A stretch of 64,000 nt of DNA from assembly GCA_027371535.1 (NCBI GenBank), contig DAHXMV010000002.1:3494-67493 (forward strand), read 5' to 3'. A program made the translations under genes and the position numbers. This DNA comes from Candidatus Amesbacteria bacterium (GTDB taxonomy: Bacteria > Patescibacteriota > Microgenomatia > CAZETR01 > Amesbacteraceae). The notes below the pieces were generated by a model that was not told the DNA's origin, did no database searches, and saw only the letters and a list, made by a program, of their open reading frames with translations. Below, in pieces: positions 11,731 through 20,174 of the stretch (position 1 is the stretch's first letter; each line of letters opens with the position of its first letter).

Positions 11731-12723
11731 TCAGGGTTTCAAGTATTTGTCAATATTGAGATTATGCTCTGTCAAAGATTTGGCGTAATGGGTAATACCG
11801 TCACTGTCGGTAAGATAGTACCAATAAGCCGTGTCAGAGACGTTTTTTACCGCATCAATAGTCGCCAGACCGGGGTTTGATATAGCCCCCGGCGGCAGAC
11901 CCGGCTGCAAATAAGTATTGAAGGAGGAAGGATATTTAGGGTCCACGCCGGCATGCCACCAATTACAGTGCAGTAAATCCGCCAGGCAAAGACGGTTATC
12001 CATGGCATACTCCACAGTGGCATCAACCTGAAGGGGCCAGCCTGCGACCAGGCGCTTTTTAAGAATAGAAGCTACCAGGCCCCGGTCGGTATTATTTCTG
12101 GCTTCCCTTTCGACTAAAGAAGCCAAGATGAGAGTTTGCCTATCAACCGGGAGGGCCGGATTAAGACCGGTTTTTTGGTAAAAATTGGCGGTTAAGAGCT
12201 GAATAACCCCGGCGGTTGAAATTTGGGGAGGCAGCAGATAAGTATCAGGGAATAGCTGACCTTCCAAAGTGGCGGTGGCTTTGATGAATTCCGAAGCGGA
12301 GAAGGTCTTCAGGGGACCGGATAACTGACTGTCCAAACGGGCAGCCATCTGCTCCCGCCGCCAGCCTTCGGGTAAGGTAATCTTGATATCCCTGGGGCCC
12401 AAAATCAGCCTGCCGACAATCTCCGGTGCAGACTGCCCTGAAGTTAAAAGATAACTGCCGGGCCGCAATTTACTGCTCTGACCATGAATCTTGAGATAAA
12501 TTCTGACGGCCAGGGCCGACCTGATGACCGAAAGCGACTCAAGTTTTTGCAAAACAGACAGGGCTGATTCGTCCGGGGAAATCAGCAGGGAAATCTGCTG
12601 CCCGGGGATTTTATCGGGAACCGGTGCCAGTGAACTGCGATACCAGAAAAAAACGCCGCCGAGAAGACCGAAAACCAGGACAGCCAGAACGACAAGCAAG
12701 GTGAAAACAATTTTTTGGCTCAC
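11731..12723 (-). CDS. mltG: endolytic murein transglycosylase MltG (YceG family)
   Basis: N-terminal TM helix IVFTLLVVLAVLVFGLLGGVFFWY, then the YceG domain with LPPGAISNPG and YWYYL motifs. The 416-aa ORF is truncated to a GTG at 12721-12723 because the upstream extension overlaps the zinc-ribbon gene. Exact start is uncertain. Confidence 0.8.
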   Translation of the reverse strand: MSQKIVFTLLVVLAVLVFGLLGGVFFWYRSSLAPVPDKIPGQQISLLISPDESALSVLQKLESLSVIRSALAVRIYLKIHGQSSKLRPGSYLLTSGQSAPEIVGRLILGPRDIKITLPEGWRREQMAARLDSQLSGPLKTFSASEFIKATATLEGQLFPDTYLLPPQISTAGVIQLLTANFYQKTGLNPALPVDRQTLILASLVEREARNNTDRGLVASILKKRLVAGWPLQVDATVEYAMDNRLCLADLLHCNWWHAGVDPKYPSSFNTYLQPGLPPGAISNPGLATIDAVKNVSDTAYWYYLTDSDGITHYAKSLTEHNLNIDKYLKP

Positions 12724-12733
12724 AGAAAACTGA

Positions 12734-12934
12734 TTATACTTCTTCAAAAAGCGCGCGGCGATATTTCCCGGTATCTTTGTCTTTGATAAAGATACGGCCG
12801 CATTTGTTGCAGGTAACTTTTTCACCTTGGGCGTGGGATGCCTTTTTGCCCTCGGATAAATCCGTACCGCAACCGACACAGCGCCCCTGCGATAAAAGCC
12901 ATGCCTGGACGGGAGCAATGACATTTTTAAACAT
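12734..12934 (-). CDS. small zinc-ribbon protein (C-x2-C ... C-x2-C)
   Basis: 66 aa with CVGCG and CNKCG pairs. Sits between ruvX and mltG, where B. subtilis has the small YrzB. Confidence 0.5.
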   Translation of the reverse strand: MFKNVIAPVQAWLLSQGRCVGCGTDLSEGKKASHAQGEKVTCNKCGRIFIKDKDTGKYRRALFEEV

Positions 12935-12994
12935 ACATAAACTTTACCAAAAATGGAAAGAGAGTCAAGGTTAAAAACCATATCACCCCTCTAA

Positions 12995-13044
12995 CTCCCC
13001 TCTTATTTTCTCCCCTTGGTCGTGGCTTTACCGTAAGAGGGGAG
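12995..13044. repeat. 11-bp perfect inverted repeat (ctcccctctta / taagaggggag) with 28-nt spacer in the ruvX–zinc-ribbon intergenic region
   Basis: Read directly at 12995-13005 and 13034-13044. C/G-rich arms that could form a long-range stem. Confidence 0.5.
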
Positions 13045-13056
13045 GGCCAACGGATT

Positions 13057-13425
13057 TCAAGATTTGTTATCCAGCCAATTCTGAAGAATTAGGGCCGCTG
13101 CTACGGAGTGCTCTTTGGTCCGGCGTCTGGATTTGGAAGTGTGATGCAAAGATCTGATGGCATCCCGGGAAGATAAAGTTTCATCCGCGGTGACAACAGG
13201 CAGACCGATGTGCTTTAAGGTGTGAACAAATTCTTCGACATGAGCTCTAACCGGGCCTTCGGGAAGACCAATTATGATAGTACCGATCCGGTGTTCCTCC
13301 ACCAGGCGGGCAATTTTACCGGGAGCGCTATCGAGATTTAGAGTGGTTAAAGGCTCAGTCAGCAAACCATTGGAAATCGCTACACCCAAATGCTTCTGGC
13401 CGTAATCAAGACCCAAATAATTCAT
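13057..13425 (-). CDS. ruvX: Holliday junction resolvase-like nuclease RuvX/YqgF
   Basis: LGLDYGQKHLGVAIS motif near the N-terminus. The internal Met (MNYLGLDYG) is chosen as the start; the ORF track extends 22 codons further. Confidence 0.85.
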   Translation of the reverse strand: MNYLGLDYGQKHLGVAISNGLLTEPLTTLNLDSAPGKIARLVEEHRIGTIIIGLPEGPVRAHVEEFVHTLKHIGLPVVTADETLSSRDAIRSLHHTSKSRRRTKEHSVAAALILQNWLDNKS

Positions 13426-13444
13426 TAGCCTGATTATATAAGCT

Positions 13445-13987
13445 TTATGGGGATTTATAAAACCTGCCAATTTTGGGATTTTCATAATCATCCGGATAGG
13501 TAAAGAGTCCTTTCATTTTATGCTCATATACTAAAAATGGTTCCAAGCCCATCTGATTTCTCCTGTCGTCCAGACTTTTACGGTCAAGAATCGGGCGGGG
13601 TACAAGATTTCCCGTGTCATCCTGATAAAACTGGGTGCCGTAAATTTGATCCTGACCTGTATTAACCGCTACCCGATCAGTCAAATAGGCAATATTTGAG
13701 GGCAGAACATCCGAAGAAACCTGTTGCATCAAAACGAGGCAGTGTTTCTGAAACCCGATATCCTGATCGGCATGCTGGACAATCAGCCAGGCAGCATAAG
13801 AAGCTTCCTCACCGACTTGGGAGATAGTCGGCCAACCGAATTGGCTGACTATCTCTTTTAAACGGGTGGTATTTTGCAAATCCACCTGTTTGTCAAACGG
13901 AGCAATTCCTGCCTGGCCGTTTTTCCGCATCTGCTGATCTTTTTCCCCCATGGCGATAATTTCTGATGCTAATTCGGTATTTGTCAT
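13445..13987 (-). CDS. conserved hypothetical protein (widespread DUF-type family, function unknown)
   Basis: About 180 aa. Blocks GWPTISQVGEEASYAAWLIVQHAD and NIAYLTDRVAVNTGQDQIYGTQF resemble a broadly distributed uncharacterised family. Start taken at the Met of MTNTELASEII (13987-13985). Confidence 0.55.
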   Translation of the reverse strand: MTNTELASEIIAMGEKDQQMRKNGQAGIAPFDKQVDLQNTTRLKEIVSQFGWPTISQVGEEASYAAWLIVQHADQDIGFQKHCLVLMQQVSSDVLPSNIAYLTDRVAVNTGQDQIYGTQFYQDDTGNLVPRPILDRKSLDDRRNQMGLEPFLVYEHKMKGLFTYPDDYENPKIGRFYKSP

Positions 13988-14011
13988 GGATGGATTATAA
14001 TCCTTCCCAGG

Positions 14012-14587
14012 ATGGTGAACCAAAAACAGATTTGGGATAGATATCTGAAAAAATTTACAGGTACGGGAGACAAACTGGGTAAGGGCATGGATCCGGGCAT
14101 TTTGGAAACAGTGGTGGCATTAAACGTCCTGGGAATAAATACCAGGCAATCGTGTGAAGGGCATTTAAAATGGGGGGTATGTGCACCATGGGTAGATATG
14201 GAAGCCAAGAACACTCATAGACTCGAAGATGAAGTCAAAAAAAGCTGGGAAGAAGCGGACCTGGCTATGAAAGCAGGAAAAGCCAGTGTATTAACTGATA
14301 AATTATGGACCAGACATCATCAGCTGAGAGTGAAACTAAAAGCAAAAAATATGATGTTATCTAAGAAATTATGGCTGTATCTGGAAGAGTTTTACAGCAA
14401 TAGGCAAGTGGAATACGGGGTGAGGCTGACCATAAGTTTTTTTGGCGACGGAATCGGCAGGCTGCAATCGGCAGGAGCGGAATTTCAAGAAACCCTAACG
14501 CTGAAGCAGAGACAAATAAATTTAGTTAAATACCGGTCAGAAATGAAAGATTTTACAGTATTCCTAAAACAAAAATTCTGCCTTTAG
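14012..14587 (+). CDS. hypothetical protein
   Basis: 191-aa ORF divergent from the previous gene. No family recognised. Confidence 0.45.
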   Translation: MVNQKQIWDRYLKKFTGTGDKLGKGMDPGILETVVALNVLGINTRQSCEGHLKWGVCAPWVDMEAKNTHRLEDEVKKSWEEADLAMKAGKASVLTDKLWTRHHQLRVKLKAKNMMLSKKLWLYLEEFYSNRQVEYGVRLTISFFGDGIGRLQSAGAEFQETLTLKQRQINLVKYRSEMKDFTVFLKQKFCL

Positions 14588-14589
14588 TT

Positions 14590-15291
14590 TTAGTCTGTCA
14601 GTTCTGCTAAAACCACCAGGCGGTGCCAGTAAGTGCCAAGAGGCACACAGGTAATTAATGACAAATCCCGGCGGTCATATTTTTGCCCCAGGACCTCGAC
14701 GGCAGTCGGGTCAACCTGGGATATTTTTTTCACCACATAGGTATATAAAACCCCGTCAAATTTGATGTCGATTTCGTCTCCGATTCTGGCGCCGGTTAAG
14801 GGATTAAAAACCGTCTGTGGATTACCGGGTCTGTAAAACTGAGGCAGGGCCGAGTGGCCGAAAATGACGCTGTTGCCGAATTCCCCCGGGAGAGCCGTGC
14901 CGGGATAATGAATGGCGTTTTTGTGCAAATTATTGCCATTTACTTCCACGGTAATGTTGTCCATTTTCAGCCGGGGCAGACTGACGGTAAAGTAACCCAC
15001 GGGACTATTTTTGGGCGGCGGCAAGTCGGCAGGGGCGGAAAACCAACTCCCGGCATTTGAATAATCAACCACACCGGACATCCCGTAGTCGGTTTGGACT
15101 ATGGGGCGGGGAAATGGGGAAACTGCCGTTGGATCAAGTAAATTTTTGGGGGTGAGCAACACGGCGATAATACCGCCAGTCAAAGGTACCGCAACATTTA
15201 ATAACATAAAAATTCCGGCGGTCATCAACAATATGGGGAAAACCCGCCGAAGTGAAAAGCGCATACTATTGAGCGGTCTTAATGACGACAC
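14590..15291 (-). CDS. sortase-family transpeptidase
   Basis: N-terminal signal anchor, catalytic-His block VIFGHS, LITCVP catalytic-Cys motif (the TLxTC equivalent), and a downstream Arg. Confidence 0.85.
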   Translation of the reverse strand: MSSLRPLNSMRFSLRRVFPILLMTAGIFMLLNVAVPLTGGIIAVLLTPKNLLDPTAVSPFPRPIVQTDYGMSGVVDYSNAGSWFSAPADLPPPKNSPVGYFTVSLPRLKMDNITVEVNGNNLHKNAIHYPGTALPGEFGNSVIFGHSALPQFYRPGNPQTVFNPLTGARIGDEIDIKFDGVLYTYVVKKISQVDPTAVEVLGQKYDRRDLSLITCVPLGTYWHRLVVLAELTD

Positions 15292-17431
15292 CGATGTTTT
15301 TGGACTGGTGCGGCAAAGTGAGGATGCCGGAAGGCAGGGGCGGGGTAAATTTAAAATCTATCCGGGAAACACCGGAAATATTTTCCAGATAGGTTTTGGC
15401 TGCAGAGACTGACTTGCCGGTAATATTTTTGATAATCTGATCATTGGCCAGAATTGGGGTCAGTTGGGAAGAAATCTGAACCGTGATAACAGCCTGATTA
15501 TTTTTTACCGATTTGACGGAAAAATTGTGTGAGACTTCCCCTTCGGTTTCATAACCCCCGGGGATTAAGGCCTGAGTCCGGGCAGAAATCAGATTATTCA
15601 AATCAACATCAGCAAAGCTTAAGCCGGAAGCTTTTAAAGTAAGACTGAGATTTAAGGAATCGGCAACATCCCCGACGGCATGATCAAATTTTTCCGTAAT
15701 CACACCGGTCTGGACGGAATCGACGACCAACTGACGGTCCGAGGAGACGGATGAAGCTAACTGATTTTTAACCTGGCCGGTGAGAGATGAGATTAATTGG
15801 GACCTCAAATCGGTTAAATCCTGGGCAGCGACGGCGGATACCTGGCGGCTGGTACCACCGGAAAAGGCCGTGTTATTTTTAGCCACATAATCCATAGTGG
15901 AAAAAGTACCGATGGTGAAAGCGGAACCGGCGGACAGATTGGATTCCACACCGATAGCCTGGGCGGTGACATTGACATCAGCCTTGCCCGGCTGGTAGGA
16001 ACTGGGGTCGGCAGAACCGGAAGCAGCCGGGACAGTGACCGGGCTATTAAAAGAAAATTTCAGGCCTGAAGCAGAGATGACCGTACCCTGGGGAAAAGTC
16101 CGGTCGGCGGGGGTGCCATTTATAACCGAGACAGTACCGGTGGCCCGATCCCCGACCAGCTTGGTGCCGGTAGTTGACTTACTCTGACTTCCGGAAACCG
16201 TAGTACTGGCGGTTTTAGCCGGCAAAACCCGGGCATTCAGATCCGGACCGGCCGCAGTAGTGTCGGCAGTGACGTCAAAACTATCGGCTAAATTTTTGGG
16301 GGTAACACTGATAACCACAGTCGCCCGGGGTAAATACCAGTAAGCGGCAAACAGACCACCGGCAATTAAAACCAAAAAGACTATACCCAGGATAATTTTA
16401 GCGGAAAAAGAAGTTTCGGGGAGGAAGAGGTGAAAAGAAGGCAATTTAAATTTCGGGAAATGAAACCGGGGCGGAGGATGAGATGTCTCTTCTACCGGGG
16501 TTTCGTCTGCCCGGGCAACAGGAGTTGCAATAATTTCCGGAGCCGCCGCCGCGGGTAAGACGGCGATATCACCACCCGCTACAAAGCCCAAATCCCCGGG
16601 CGCGAGGTCTGCATTTTCACCTACGAGGGGGGTTTCGGAAACCCGGGGATCGGGAGTAATCAAACCCATAGCAACCGCCACTTCGCTGCCACCGGATAAA
16701 CTGATAGCTTTGACGGAAAAATCCGCGGGGAGAATTTCGACTTTGGGAAAATGCATAAAATTCAGGCGGTTTTGGGGAGCCTGCCAGGGAAAGGCTAAAA
16801 GTTCCTGGCGGGTATTTTCGAGATTGGCACCGGTATCGTAAATGAGAATGCGGGAAGGCAGCATGTCCTGGCGGCCAAACCGGGACAAACCCTCGACCAC
16901 ATCCAAACTGATTTTGCCGCTTCTTTTAACCAGCTGGGTGCCGACAATTTTTCCCAGGTGAACCAAAGTAATTTCGATAACTGCCTGCCAAATACCTATA
17001 ACAATGGCTGAAGGCGGAGTGCCCTCGGTTAAATGCAGATACTTCACCAGGGCCTGAATGGTGACGACAAAACCGATGGCCTGAAGAGAAAGTTTTTTGG
17101 TGAGATCGCGGAGCAGATGCAGCCTGGCGCCATCGATCTTGTCATCCGAAACCCAGGCCGACGGCAAACCGAGAATCATTTTTTCGGGTTGTATCCGGCC
17201 GTTTTGATCGACCGCCTGGGCCGCATCCGATAAAGTCTGATCACAGCCGGGGATTAAAGAGTCGGTATTATCGGTCTGACAGCGGATGCTATTACCGAAG
17301 GACAGGATCTGAGTCTTGTCATTGACAACCGTCCAGATGGCACTTTTGACGGTTTCATAACCAATTTCCAGCGCAAACAGAAATTCACGGCGGGGATGAT
17401 CGGATTTTTTCTTAAAAAAAGGCAGGAACAT
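15266..17431 (-). CDS. actin-fold (FtsA/PilM-like) ATPase domain fused to a TM helix and ~380-aa Ser/Thr/Ala-rich extracytoplasmic region
   Basis: 721 aa. The first ~310 aa resemble FtsA/PilM (FALEIGYETVKSAIW, ILGLP, LSLQAIGFVVTIQALVKYL). Then an Ala/Pro linker, TM helix ILGIVFLVLIAGGLFAAYWYL and a long S/T-rich segment. Confidence 0.6.
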   Translation of the reverse strand: MFLPFFKKKSDHPRREFLFALEIGYETVKSAIWTVVNDKTQILSFGNSIRCQTDNTDSLIPGCDQTLSDAAQAVDQNGRIQPEKMILGLPSAWVSDDKIDGARLHLLRDLTKKLSLQAIGFVVTIQALVKYLHLTEGTPPSAIVIGIWQAVIEITLVHLGKIVGTQLVKRSGKISLDVVEGLSRFGRQDMLPSRILIYDTGANLENTRQELLAFPWQAPQNRLNFMHFPKVEILPADFSVKAISLSGGSEVAVAMGLITPDPRVSETPLVGENADLAPGDLGFVAGGDIAVLPAAAAPEIIATPVARADETPVEETSHPPPRFHFPKFKLPSFHLFLPETSFSAKIILGIVFLVLIAGGLFAAYWYLPRATVVISVTPKNLADSFDVTADTTAAGPDLNARVLPAKTASTTVSGSQSKSTTGTKLVGDRATGTVSVINGTPADRTFPQGTVISASGLKFSFNSPVTVPAASGSADPSSYQPGKADVNVTAQAIGVESNLSAGSAFTIGTFSTMDYVAKNNTAFSGGTSRQVSAVAAQDLTDLRSQLISSLTGQVKNQLASSVSSDRQLVVDSVQTGVITEKFDHAVGDVADSLNLSLTLKASGLSFADVDLNNLISARTQALIPGGYETEGEVSHNFSVKSVKNNQAVITVQISSQLTPILANDQIIKNITGKSVSAAKTYLENISGVSRIDFKFTPPLPSGILTLPHQSKNIGVVIKTAQ

Positions 17432-17460
17432 ACGATTTATTTAACCATTTATCCATTTGG

Positions 17461-19269
17461 TCATTTGATTATTTGGGCATATATGCGACGGACACCGGAA
17501 CCTGCGGACTCCTCTTTGACAATCTTAATCTTTCCGATTTCACCTGTCGAGCTGACATGGGGTCCGCCGCAAATTTCCCTGCTATACCAATTATTCTGGG
17601 AGCCAATAGTATAAACGCTGACAACATCCGGATATTTTTGGGCAAAAAAGGCCAGAGCACCGGTTTTTAACGCTTCGTCTTTGGCCATTTCCTGCCGGGT
17701 AACGGGCAGATTTTCGGAAATTTTCTGATTGACGAGATTTTCGACTGCCTGAATCTCCTGGGGGTTTAGTTTTTGGTCATGGGAAAAATCAAAACGCAGC
17801 CGGTCGGAGGTAATGTTACTCCCCTTTTGGCTGACATGATCGCCCAAAGTCGATCTTAATGCCTGATGCAGCAGGTGGGTAGCGGTATGGTATTTGGTGG
17901 TTATTTCAGACTGGTCCCGCAAACCGCCTTTAAACATACCCCTGGAGGCGGTGCGGGAAAGTGTCTGATGTCTGGCAAACTCCGTCTGAAAATCGGCCGG
18001 ATTGATGTGCTGGCCCAAATCCGTGGCAATTTCATAAGTCAACTCCCAAGGGAAACCATAGGTCTGGAGCAAATTAAAAGCTATTTTGCCGTCAAGTTTC
18101 GGATACCGGGTGATTTCCTTCAGGCCCCGCGTCAGGACATGGTCAAATTTGTCAACTTCTGCGGAGATAATTTCAGCAGCCTGTCTGATTTGGGAATCGG
18201 ATAAATAAACCTCCCGGTAAATATTGCCCGCAGCAACAACCATCCGGCCACAAAAGTCCGTGACCGGACCGGAAATTAATTTTCTCATTTTGACCACAGA
18301 TCTTCTGATCAGACGCCGCAGAATATACCCCTGAGCTTTATTAGAAGGAAAAACACCGTCGGAGGCCAGCATGACCGAGGCTTTTAAGTGGTCAGCTATC
18401 ACCCGAAACTGAGGCTGGAAAGCCGGATCAGCGTAAGATTTGTCCGCGGCTTTTTCGGCCAGATCAATTATGGGATAAAAAAGATCCGTCCGGAAAATAT
18501 CGGGGGTATTTTGAACGGCAGCCAAAGTCCTCTCCAATCCCCCGCCGAAATCCACATTTTTTTGGGGCAGTTCACCCAGCGTCCCGTCAGCATTTTTTTG
18601 ATATTGCATGAAAACCGAATTACCTATTTCCAAAAACCGGCCGCAATCGCAATTGGGATGACACTTTTGGTCCTTAAACCCCGATTTTTCATGAATACCC
18701 AGATCCGCCCCAAAATCATAAAACACTTCCGAGTCGGGACCTCCGGGTTCACTCTCCGGCATCTGGTCAGGCGGGCCGGAACGGGACCACCAGTTATTTT
18801 CAACTCCATAGTAAAACAGATGATCTTTTTTCAGGCCGATTTTTTGCAAAATCCCGGCCGACAGGGTATCTTTGGGCACGGCGTCGTTACCGGCAAATAC
18901 GGTAACATAAAGCCGGTCCGGGGAAAGCTTTAAAACAGAGGTGAGAAATTCCCAGAACCAGGCCAATTGCTCCGCCTTGAAATAATCTCCGAGCGACCAG
19001 TTGCCCAGCATTTCGAAAAAGGTGGTATGGCGGTTATCACCAACCTCTTCCAGATCCTGAGCCCGGAAAGAGGGCTGGATATTCACAAGACGCCGGCCCT
19101 GCGGGTGAGGCTCTCCTAAAAGAAACGGTATCAGCGGCTGCATACCGGAGCTGGTAAACAGTGTGGAAGGATCACTCTCCGGAACGAGAGGAGCGGGAGG
19201 TATGACCACATGACCACGCTGCTTAAAAAAATCAAGGTATTTTTGGCGCAGATCGCTACCTGTCGGCAT
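17461..19269 (-). CDS. alaS: alanine--tRNA ligase, short form (catalytic + editing domains, no C-Ala domain)
   Basis: 602 aa. Class II AlaRS core (FTSSGMQPLIPFLLG, FFEMLGNWSLGDYFK) and editing-domain motifs HTATHLL and CGGPHV. Confidence 0.93.
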   Translation of the reverse strand: MPTGSDLRQKYLDFFKQRGHVVIPPAPLVPESDPSTLFTSSGMQPLIPFLLGEPHPQGRRLVNIQPSFRAQDLEEVGDNRHTTFFEMLGNWSLGDYFKAEQLAWFWEFLTSVLKLSPDRLYVTVFAGNDAVPKDTLSAGILQKIGLKKDHLFYYGVENNWWSRSGPPDQMPESEPGGPDSEVFYDFGADLGIHEKSGFKDQKCHPNCDCGRFLEIGNSVFMQYQKNADGTLGELPQKNVDFGGGLERTLAAVQNTPDIFRTDLFYPIIDLAEKAADKSYADPAFQPQFRVIADHLKASVMLASDGVFPSNKAQGYILRRLIRRSVVKMRKLISGPVTDFCGRMVVAAGNIYREVYLSDSQIRQAAEIISAEVDKFDHVLTRGLKEITRYPKLDGKIAFNLLQTYGFPWELTYEIATDLGQHINPADFQTEFARHQTLSRTASRGMFKGGLRDQSEITTKYHTATHLLHQALRSTLGDHVSQKGSNITSDRLRFDFSHDQKLNPQEIQAVENLVNQKISENLPVTRQEMAKDEALKTGALAFFAQKYPDVVSVYTIGSQNNWYSREICGGPHVSSTGEIGKIKIVKEESAGSGVRRIYAQIIK

Positions 19270-19293
19270 AAACCAATTGTAGCATAAAGAAAA

Positions 19294-19322
19294 TTGACAA
19301 TACTATAGGTCAATATTATAAT
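19294..19322 (+). promoter_or_regulatory. consensus sigma70-type promoter TTGACA-17 nt-TATAAT; predicted TSS coincides with the ATG at 19329 (leaderless)
   Basis: TTGACA at 19294-19299, exact 17-nt spacer, TATAAT at 19317-19322, ATG 6 nt after the -10. The -35 sits in the palindrome TTGAC-N10-GTCAA. Confidence 0.55.
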
Positions 19323-19328
19323 CGTTAC

Positions 19329-20171
19329 ATGTTTAATAACACTCCCGAAACACGCAGAGGTTTTCTGAAAGATTGCTTCGAAAAAGTTACGGTGTGGGAT
19401 ATGGGGGTACGGAATATTTTTCAGACAAACGAATCCGGGATCGGACAGAGTGTCTGTGATATGTTTTTTGACCCGGATCGCGGACTGGTCCGGTTAAGCT
19501 GTCCAAATACTTCTGTCAATGTGCCGAAAATTGCCGGAATTTTAAGCGAGAAGGACAACGAACATTTTGATGAGTTGATGGCGGTATTGGGTGAAGGGGG
19601 AAGCGTTTACGGTTATAGCAGAGTCTTTGGTTATATCTACGAGGGACAAAAATTCTATATCACCAATACTACCGACCAAAAAAATGACGTTATAAAAATC
19701 GAGCTAAGCCAGTTTCAAAATGCAGTAGCTGCCAGCATAGGGGAAGGTATTGATCCAAGTCTGATAAAGAACAGAAGATCCACCGTAAAAATCCTGTTAC
19801 CGTCGGAAATAAGGGCCGAAGATAATAAAAAGGAGCAACAATATCTGGAGTATTTTCTAGGCGGGGCAGCATCTCTATTGGGGCTAAGATTCATTTATGG
19901 ATTGGCAAAAAATTGGGCCGGGTCAGACAGAAGGTACACAGAAAAGGATCTGGAATTACCGAATGAATATGGCCCGCAACTGGAAAATTTTATAAAAGAT
20001 CACCCGGAAATGAACGAAAATCAGGCGACGGCTACCTGGCTTAGAAGGCTTAAGGGGGTAGACCGATGGAACGTGGCATTGATAGTAGCAAAAGACGTAA
20101 ATCATATACAGACTGTAGATGAAATTGCAGATATATTGGATAACACACCTCAGGAGGAGAAGCGTCGATAG
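19329..20171 (+). CDS. hypothetical protein
   Basis: 280-aa ORF with no recognisable family. Begins immediately after a consensus promoter. Confidence 0.55.
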   Translation: MFNNTPETRRGFLKDCFEKVTVWDMGVRNIFQTNESGIGQSVCDMFFDPDRGLVRLSCPNTSVNVPKIAGILSEKDNEHFDELMAVLGEGGSVYGYSRVFGYIYEGQKFYITNTTDQKNDVIKIELSQFQNAVAASIGEGIDPSLIKNRRSTVKILLPSEIRAEDNKKEQQYLEYFLGGAASLLGLRFIYGLAKNWAGSDRRYTEKDLELPNEYGPQLENFIKDHPEMNENQATATWLRRLKGVDRWNVALIVAKDVNHIQTVDEIADILDNTPQEEKRR

Positions 20172-20174
20172 TAT

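Noticed and set aside
12724-12981. 86-codon N-terminal extension of the mltG ORF
   Set aside because: It overlaps the zinc-ribbon gene in another frame and precedes the MltG signal-anchor helix. The true start is more likely the GTG at 12723.
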